DNA from: a virus
Taxonomy: Duplodnaviria > Caudoviricetes
Virus record (IMG/VR): IMGVR_UViG_3300046049_000082
Coordinates: 1-41,127 of that record
Direction: 5' to 3' (one strand)
DNA length: 41,127 nt
Shown: piece by piece, positions 35,146 to 41,127 of the stretch
Layout: the number at the start of each line of letters is the position of its first letter
How positions within the stretch are numbered: the first letter of the stretch is position 1
Translations under genes and position numbers: made by a program
The notes under the pieces: generated by a model
Seen by the model: the letters and a program-made list of their open reading frames with translations, nothing else
Told to the model about the DNA's origin: nothing
Databases searched by the model: none

Positions 35146-38100
35146 GCGACTCGATCTTTGACCAGATCGGGACGCTTGCCGAGCGCCTTCGCGACCGACT
35201 CGGCCGAGAGGTCGGGAGCTGCCACACCTGCGGGAAACCCACCCGGTCACATCAACTGGGGGCGTACGTCCAATGTCACTCCTGCCATCAAGACGGCGAG
35301 CACATAATGTTAGCAGACGGCGGGCGCACATCCGACGACCGCCGCGAGGATGTCGAGCGCTATGTCGAGAACCACCCCACCGCCAACCGCTGGGAAGTGC
35401 TCGGGCAGCTCGGGCTTGGCCCGGCACATGAGGACCTGGTCGACGACGTCCTCGAAGCGCACCGCGACACCGCCGACGAGGACGTCATCGTCGACTCCAT
35501 CCCAGCAAAGAATCACAACGAAACCTGCGCGAACCCGCACTGCTACGAGCCACGAATCAACGATCACGCCGACTCCCTCTGTGCGAAGCACTACCCCGGC
35601 GACCCGCCGGCGGGTGCCGGGCAGGCTACCATCGACGACGTCGACGACAAGGGCGCCGAGTCTGACGCGCCCGACCGGAGCGACGATGCCGGCGACCGCG
35701 ACTTGCTCGCGGAGGCCCGCCAGGTTCTCGAAGTCGACCCGGACGCCGACGTCGTCGACCCAGCCACCGCTGGCGTCGACGGGGCGGACATCTCCGCGGC
35801 CGCCATCATGGGCGGCGACTCGCCGCTCGCAAATGACGACCAGCCCGCGCCGTCGACGGACGCCCCCGATACCTCCCGCGGCGTCGCGACGTCGACCAGC
35901 GTTTTGCCGCTGGCCCAACTCGAGGCGCTGTCGCCGGCTGCACGGCGCCGGGCGGCCCGCAAGCGCGGCCTACAGTGGCCCGACACCGACGAGGTTCGCG
36001 ACCGCCTCCAGGAGACCATCTTCGAGGTCATCCGCCACGAGGACAAGCGCGTCGTTGACGCGCCGACCAGCGCCGGGAAGAGCTACACGATCGACTCGAC
36101 TCGCTGGGGGGCCCGTGACGACCTGACCGACGACCAGCCAGTCGTCCACATGCTGCCGACGCGAGACGCTCGCGACGAGGCCGCCGCCGTCGCTCGCGAC
36201 GAAGGCGGTGAGCACTTCGTCTTCCGTGCCCGCCACGAGGCCTGCTCGGTCGCCGCCGGCGACTACGACCCGCAGCCGGATGACGACGAGGACCAGGACA
36301 CCGACCAGGACCTCGAGTTGACCATCGACGGCCAGCCAGCCTCCGAGTGGCTCCAGGAGATCTGCGACGGTCGGGGCGTCGCCTTCTCCGATGCCCACCG
36401 ATGGCTTGAGGAGCACAACGACCAGGGCGTCGAGCTGCCATGCGCCCACGACGGCACGTACGACGGCGGGTGCGACGGCATCCTCCAGTGGGAGGACTGG
36501 CGCACCAACGACTACCCGCTCGTTATTGCGACCCACAACTTCGCGCACGTCCCCGGCCTGCGGAACCGGACGAACATGGTCATCGACGAGGAGCCCGACT
36601 TCTCGCACGACCTCTCGACCGAGCGGGTCAAGCAGGCCGTCGCCGCGTTCCTCGAGGAAGTCAACGCGCCGGTCGACACCTGGGAGGAGTTCTGGAGCGT
36701 CGCGACCGCCGACAAGTCCGGCCATCGGCTCGCCGAACTCGTCGAAAACGAGTCCGTCGACGCGCTCGCCCGCAAGCAGGGGCTCGTCCCCTCCGAGTAC
36801 GACGCTCCCCATCTCGAGGATCTCAAAGAGTGTCTCGAGCGCCGGCCGCCGCGCGAGTGGTACTACTCCGACGCGAGAGCACACACGCTGGCCGGACCAC
36901 TTGCGCAGGCCATCCTCACGAGCGAGCAGCGCGCCGGCCAGCGCCGCGTCGGGAAGGTCCGGTACGAGCCGGTCCGCCTTGACGCCGGCGCCCACGACGA
37001 CGACGGCTGGAATCAGGAGTGGCTCACCGTCGTCTTCGATTCGCGGAACGAACTCCGGCAGGCGTGGTCAACGCCCGACGTCGGGCTGGCCCGCAGCGTG
37101 ATCGGCCTAGATGCCCACCCCGCGATGCCGCTTTGGCAGCTCCAGGCCCATCCCGACATTCGGCGTCGGACGGTTCTGGACCGCGAGGAACGCCGGCTCT
37201 GGCGGCGCTTCGAGCGCGGGCTCCGGGTCGTCCAGGTGGGCGACGCCACCCGCCCGCTGGCGAGCGGGCGCTATTTCGATGTCCAACGGACCGAGGCCAC
37301 GATCGGCCATCTCCGCGACCGGTACGGCTCGGACCTCCGGACCGGTATCACGGCCAGCGCCGTTGAGGAGGACCTCCAGCAAATCCTCCATGCCAACGGC
37401 GCCCACGACGCCGAAACGATGCACTTCGGCGAGGAAAAAAGTCGCAACGACTTCGCCAACGAGGCCGTCGGCTACGTCCTCGGCGCCCTCGATCCCGGCG
37501 ACGGCATGGTCATGGACGTCGTCGCCGCGCTCGACCTGGACGCCGAACCCGAGCGCTCGGACCCCGACGACTGCGAGCTCGAGTCCAACGCCGACTGCCC
37601 CGAGTGCGAGGGCGACGGCTGCCACGAGTGTCACGGCACCGGTCGCAAGCGGGCCCGCGGCCGGGAGTTCGTCGGCGCCGACGCCGAGACCGCCCAGGCC
37701 ATCCTCGCCAGCGTTCGCGAGGCCCACGTCGCCCAGTCCGCTGGCCGATACGCCCGCACCCCCGACGACCCCGACGCGACGGCCACGGTCTACGTCGAAA
37801 CCGACGCCATGCCGCCGGGCTTCGCCGACGTCCAAGTGCCCGGAACGGTTCAGACCTGGACTACCAAGCAGTCCGCCGTCCTCGAGGCGCTTCGGGAGGC
37901 CGACCGCGCGGTTTCCGCTCGGGATCTTGCCGAGCAGGCCGACGTCTCGAAACAGCATGCCTACGAAACGCTCGAGCGGGCCGTCGAGTTCGACGTCGTC
38001 GACTGCATCAAGGGAGCCGGTCGACACGGAGCGACGCTCTACGCTGACGATGGGATGCCGACGTCCGGCGTCGTCGACCTCAAGACCGATATCGTAAACG

Positions 38101-38249
38101 ACCACGTACGGGACCCTACCTATACGTGGTCGTTGGCGATCCGACCTCCTACCAACGAGGGGGCGGCGACCAACGGGGGTGATGCTCAAGCAACTGGCTG
38201 CGACGGCGACGTCGCGGACGGTCATGACCCCCCCGACGCCGCCAACTAA
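35142..38249 (+). CDS. Large helicase-like replication protein (SF2-like motifs, zinc fingers, C-terminal HTH)
   Basis: DAPTSAGKS (Walker A-like), VIATHN, VIDEEP (Walker B-like), IGLDA, QSAGR; CPECEGDGCHECHGTG; VSARDLAEQADVSKQHAYETL. Confidence 0.7.
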   Translation: MSDSIFDQIGTLAERLRDRLGREVGSCHTCGKPTRSHQLGAYVQCHSCHQDGEHIMLADGGRTSDDRREDVERYVENHPTANRWEVLGQLGLGPAHEDLVDDVLEAHRDTADEDVIVDSIPAKNHNETCANPHCYEPRINDHADSLCAKHYPGDPPAGAGQATIDDVDDKGAESDAPDRSDDAGDRDLLAEARQVLEVDPDADVVDPATAGVDGADISAAAIMGGDSPLANDDQPAPSTDAPDTSRGVATSTSVLPLAQLEALSPAARRRAARKRGLQWPDTDEVRDRLQETIFEVIRHEDKRVVDAPTSAGKSYTIDSTRWGARDDLTDDQPVVHMLPTRDARDEAAAVARDEGGEHFVFRARHEACSVAAGDYDPQPDDDEDQDTDQDLELTIDGQPASEWLQEICDGRGVAFSDAHRWLEEHNDQGVELPCAHDGTYDGGCDGILQWEDWRTNDYPLVIATHNFAHVPGLRNRTNMVIDEEPDFSHDLSTERVKQAVAAFLEEVNAPVDTWEEFWSVATADKSGHRLAELVENESVDALARKQGLVPSEYDAPHLEDLKECLERRPPREWYYSDARAHTLAGPLAQAILTSEQRAGQRRVGKVRYEPVRLDAGAHDDDGWNQEWLTVVFDSRNELRQAWSTPDVGLARSVIGLDAHPAMPLWQLQAHPDIRRRTVLDREERRLWRRFERGLRVVQVGDATRPLASGRYFDVQRTEATIGHLRDRYGSDLRTGITASAVEEDLQQILHANGAHDAETMHFGEEKSRNDFANEAVGYVLGALDPGDGMVMDVVAALDLDAEPERSDPDDCELESNADCPECEGDGCHECHGTGRKRARGREFVGADAETAQAILASVREAHVAQSAGRYARTPDDPDATATVYVETDAMPPGFADVQVPGTVQTWTTKQSAVLEALREADRAVSARDLAEQADVSKQHAYETLERAVEFDVVDCIKGAGRHGATLYADDGMPTSGVVDLKTDIVNDHVRDPTYTWSLAIRPPTNEGAATNGGDAQATGCDGDVADGHDPPDAAN

Positions 38250-38301
38250 CACTAACGGCGACGACGATCCGGGCGACGACGCGGACGTCGACGCCCGCTC
38301 G

Positions 38302-38550
38302 ATGAGCGACAGCGCTGTCGATCGATCGGCGTCGATGCCCGAGGATATCCCACCGAGCTGCCGATGCGTTCTGCAAGCACTCCGGTACTACGGCCCCGAG
38401 CTGTCTCGCCAGGAGCTCCTCGAGAAGACCGGCCTCCCCGAGCGGACGCTCGATGAGGCGCTGGATCGCTGCGACTCTCGCGGCTATCTATCTCGCGCCC
38501 GGAAACCTGGGGACATCAGGCAAACAACTGCAACACTCACAGATAACTGA
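38302..38550 (+). CDS. Small HTH regulator
   Basis: VLQALRYYGPELSRQELLEKTGLPERTLDEALDR; start uncertain. Confidence 0.65.
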   Translation: MSDSAVDRSASMPEDIPPSCRCVLQALRYYGPELSRQELLEKTGLPERTLDEALDRCDSRGYLSRARKPGDIRQTTATLTDN

Positions 38551-38643
38551 CTGTTTTTATCCCCTCCGCTCCTTCGGGTCAGATAACACTGTTCGTCCGC
38601 CCGTCGTTCACAGCGGCGGTCGGCCAACAGCGTCGCGTCTCTT

Positions 38644-39171
38644 ATGTCAGTCCAGACAACCCAGCAGCGGCGCTACGAGTGCTCGCTCAAGGGGTGCGAC
38701 GCCGAGCGCACTCGGACGTCGAGCGTCGAAGGGTCGTACTGCTCGCGAGACTGCGCTGACCGAGCCCACGGTCGGGCGCTGCTCCAAGATATCAAGCAGG
38801 ATCATTGCTATTGCTGGAGCTGCTTTCGACAGCGCAAGCGCGTCGAGCGACCGACCGACGAGGCACTCCGCGGACTGGGGGCAGTCACGGCCGATGCCCT
38901 CATTGGGTACGAGTCGCCGACCGCAGCCGTCGAGCGGGGCGATTACGGCCTCGAGTGCGAGTGCGGCGCCGTCGACCACGATCTCCCGGACTGGGGCCAG
39001 CGGTCGGCGGGCCCGTGGGAGTGGTTCTTGCAGCTCGCCTCGGAGGAGCTCGTCGACGACGGCCGTCGCGACGACGCCGTCGACGCGGCCACGCTGGCCG
39101 ACGAACTCTGGGCCGGTGGCGACGAAGACGTCCCGCTCGAGCTGGCGGTCGGCCGCGCCCTCGAGGCTTGA
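38644..39171 (+). CDS. Cys-rich hypothetical protein
   Basis: YCSRDC, CWSC, CECG. Confidence 0.65.
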   Translation: MSVQTTQQRRYECSLKGCDAERTRTSSVEGSYCSRDCADRAHGRALLQDIKQDHCYCWSCFRQRKRVERPTDEALRGLGAVTADALIGYESPTAAVERGDYGLECECGAVDHDLPDWGQRSAGPWEWFLQLASEELVDDGRRDDAVDAATLADELWAGGDEDVPLELAVGRALEA

Positions 39172-39242
39172 TACATGCCATGCCAACGAAACGTAACTCC
39201 CTACGAAACGAAGCGAGCTGTCTCGCCAGAGCAATAATCCCC

Positions 39243-39473
39243 ATGTCTGATGATTCCTCGTCGCGCTGGTTTGCGAAGTTGATGGCGGGTGCGCTGTTCG
39301 GCGTCTGGACGATTCTGGTGCTCGACATCACGTCGGTCCAGCCGCCCGACTGGCTGCTTATGCCGATGACCGCGCTGCTGTTTCTGATCATCGGTCGGCT
39401 CTGGAACATCGAAGTCGAGAAGGTCGGTCTGCCGGGACTCTTCAGCACTGGCAACCGAGACGAAAACAACTAA
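39243..39473 (+). CDS. Two-TM membrane protein (holin-like candidate)
   Basis: 76 aa with two hydrophobic helices and a charged tail. Confidence 0.6.
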   Translation: MSDDSSSRWFAKLMAGALFGVWTILVLDITSVQPPDWLLMPMTALLFLIIGRLWNIEVEKVGLPGLFSTGNRDENN

Positions 39474-39475
39474 AA

Positions 39476-39577
39476 ATGGCCGACACCTGCCCGCGCTGCG
39501 GGTACGAAACAGAGCACTACCCCGACTACGACCGTCGCGACTGCCTGAAGTGCGGGCGGCGACTTCCGAGAAATTGA
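39476..39577 (+). CDS. 33-aa CPxCG zinc-finger microprotein
   Basis: MADTCPRCG...DCLKCGRRLPRN*; not in the supplied ORF track. Confidence 0.6.
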   Translation: MADTCPRCGYETEHYPDYDRRDCLKCGRRLPRN

Positions 39578-39580
39578 CCC

Positions 39581-39757
39581 ATGGGCTACACGTTCACCTG
39601 CGACGGCTGCGGCGGCCGACACGAACACGCCCCGCCGTTCATGGGCGAGTTCCGAGAATCGTATCTAAAGACCGCCCCGACGGTCTTCGCTGACCTGTAC
39701 GAGCCTGGCGAAACCGTCACGCTCTGCGAGCCGTGTTGTGAGAAATTGCTACTATGA
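39581..39757 (+). CDS. 58-aa zinc-finger microprotein
   Basis: CDGCG...LCEPC; ATGA overlap with the HNH gene. Confidence 0.6.
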   Translation: MGYTFTCDGCGGRHEHAPPFMGEFRESYLKTAPTVFADLYEPGETVTLCEPCCEKLLL

Positions 39758-39969
39758 GCGGATGTACTTGCTGTGGCGAGCCCGCGCTTCGAACTGAACA
39801 GCACCACGTCGATGAGCAGCGAGGCAACAACGAGCCGGACAATCTCACGGACCGCTGTGTCCGCTGTCATCATAGCCGGGCTCACGAGAACGACCGGCGA
39901 GTCGACAACTACAGCCAGGAGAAATACGCCCCGGCGAGCCCGTCGATGGGCCCGCCAGGAGGCGTCTGA
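39754..39969 (+). CDS. HNH endonuclease (packaging-associated)
   Basis: CTCC...HHVD..RGNN...NL...CVRCH...H; directly upstream of the terminase genes. Confidence 0.75.
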   Translation: MSGCTCCGEPALRTEQHHVDEQRGNNEPDNLTDRCVRCHHSRAHENDRRVDNYSQEKYAPASPSMGPPGGV

Positions 39970-39993
39970 CGAAACACCTCATGGAGCGCTAAC

Positions 39994-40455
39994 ATGAGTG
40001 AGTCCGAGGAGTGCGGCGACTACGGCGGAATTAACCGACACGACGAGCCGTGTGGCCGGGCCGCCGGTTGGGGCACCGAGTTTGACGACGGGAAGTGCCG
40101 ACAGCACCGGGGGACGTCGCCGGACGGCTCCTCGCATGAGGGCAACGACTGGGCGTCGACGCACGGCGCCTACTCAGACTCGTTCGTCCAAAACTTCCTT
40201 CGCGACGAGGAGATCGACCGAGTCGAGCAGTTCGAGAAGCTCGCCAGCTCGGTCGAAGGAGCTCAGGCGGTCGCCCGGACGGCAGCCGGCATCGCTCTCG
40301 AGCAGTTCCGGCGAACGGGTGATGAGCGCTTCCTTCGTCGGTACGAATCTATCTGCGATACGTTCGAGATTGCACCCACTGACGAACTGGAACTCTCTGG
40401 CGATGTCGACCTAACCGGCGACGTCGTCGTCGACTTCGAGGACGCTGATACATGA
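39994..40455 (+). CDS. terS: Terminase small subunit
   Basis: C...PC.R.AGWGT....GKCRQHRG...GN..A.THGAYS; ATGA overlap with terL. Confidence 0.75.
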   Translation: MSESEECGDYGGINRHDEPCGRAAGWGTEFDDGKCRQHRGTSPDGSSHEGNDWASTHGAYSDSFVQNFLRDEEIDRVEQFEKLASSVEGAQAVARTAAGIALEQFRRTGDERFLRRYESICDTFEIAPTDELELSGDVDLTGDVVVDFEDADT

Positions 40456-41127
40456 GCTCAAGCTCCTCTCCCCCATCCCAGCCGACCACTCGGCTCGCAT
40501 TTGATCCGTACGCCGAGCAGCAGGTGGTCCTGGACTCGGATGCGCGGTTCCGGGTCGTCGCTGCCGGCCGGCGTTCGGGGAAGACGATCATGGCCGCCGC
40601 GGAATCGGTTCGCCGAGCACTCGAGTCCGACGGCGACTGGCACGGGTACTGGGTCGGCGCCGAGCATCACCACGCCGAGACGGCGTTCAAACTGTTCGAC
40701 AGCGCGCTCCCAGATACCCTCGTCGAGCGGCGCAATCGATCACCGCCGCGGCTGATCGAGTACCCGAACGGCGCGGTTCAGGAGTTTCACACCGCTGGCG
40801 GCGGTGACCTCGTCTCCATTGGGCTTGACTGGGCGGTCTGCGACGAAGCGGGCAAGACCTTCCCGGAGCGGACGTGGACCCAAGAGCTCCGACCAGCGCT
40901 GTCGGACCGGCGGGGGGAGGCAATGTTTATCTCGACGCCTGACGGCCGGGACTGGTTCTTCCGGCGCTACCAGCGGGGCCAAGGCGACGATCACGCCGAC
41001 TGGGCGAGCTGGTCGTGGGAGACGTACGCCAACCCACATGTCTCCGACGACGAGGTTGATGACGCCCGAGGCAGCGTCCCAGACCGTGTCTTCCGTCAGG
41101 AGTACCTCGCAGAGTTCGTCGACGAAA
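40452..41127 (+). CDS. terL: Terminase large subunit, N-terminal ATPase part
   Basis: Q-motif; RFRVVAAGRRSGKT Walker A; WAVCDEAG Walker B; FISTPDG coupling motif. Confidence 0.93.
   Translation, partial: MSSSSSPPSQPTTRLAFDPYAEQQVVLDSDARFRVVAAGRRSGKTIMAAAESVRRALESDGDWHGYWVGAEHHHAETAFKLFDSALPDTLVERRNRSPPRLIEYPNGAVQEFHTAGGGDLVSIGLDWAVCDEAGKTFPERTWTQELRPALSDRRGEAMFISTPDGRDWFFRRYQRGQGDDHADWASWSWETYANPHVSDDEVDDARGSVPDRVFRQEYLAEFVDE
41086..41127. repeat. Terminal direct repeat, right copy
   Basis: Identical to 1-42. Confidence 0.97.

Noticed and set aside
41086-41127. Biological terminal repeat
   Set aside because: It is short and lies mid-gene; best explained as assembler overlap of a circular or permuted genome

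Overview
The window is very probably a complete, circularly assembled genome of a temperate haloarchaeal tailed virus (siphovirus-like Caudoviricetes). It is GC-rich and encodes strongly acidic proteins. Bases 1-42 repeat exactly at 41086-41127, and the large terminase reading frame runs across that junction. Layout: packaging, head, neck and tail genes (about 39750 to the end, then 1-19315); a putative protease plus membrane-protein cassette (19424-20454); accessory and regulatory modules (HNH-repeat/HTH protein, ART-like protein, wHTH plus HerA-like ATPase, RHH module, Cdc6/Orc1, a divergent pair of AbrB-like regulators); an early operon rich in small Cys-motif proteins; a tyrosine integrase with a candidate tRNA-type attP; and a 1035-aa helicase-like protein. 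The most unusual element is a non-coding island of about 1.2 kb (27800-29000). It holds five tRNA-like T-arm units, four of them closed by acceptor-like stems starting with GGCC. None has a normal anticodon arm, and strong hairpins separate the units. It looks like a polycistronic structured-RNA array that host RNase P and tRNase Z could process. Also notable: an in-frame TGA at a likely conserved Trp in the head morphogenesis gene, a canonical -1 frameshift site in the tail chaperone, gene-replacement scars and recurring TDGG motifs. All functional calls come from motifs and synteny read by eye; no database searches were run.
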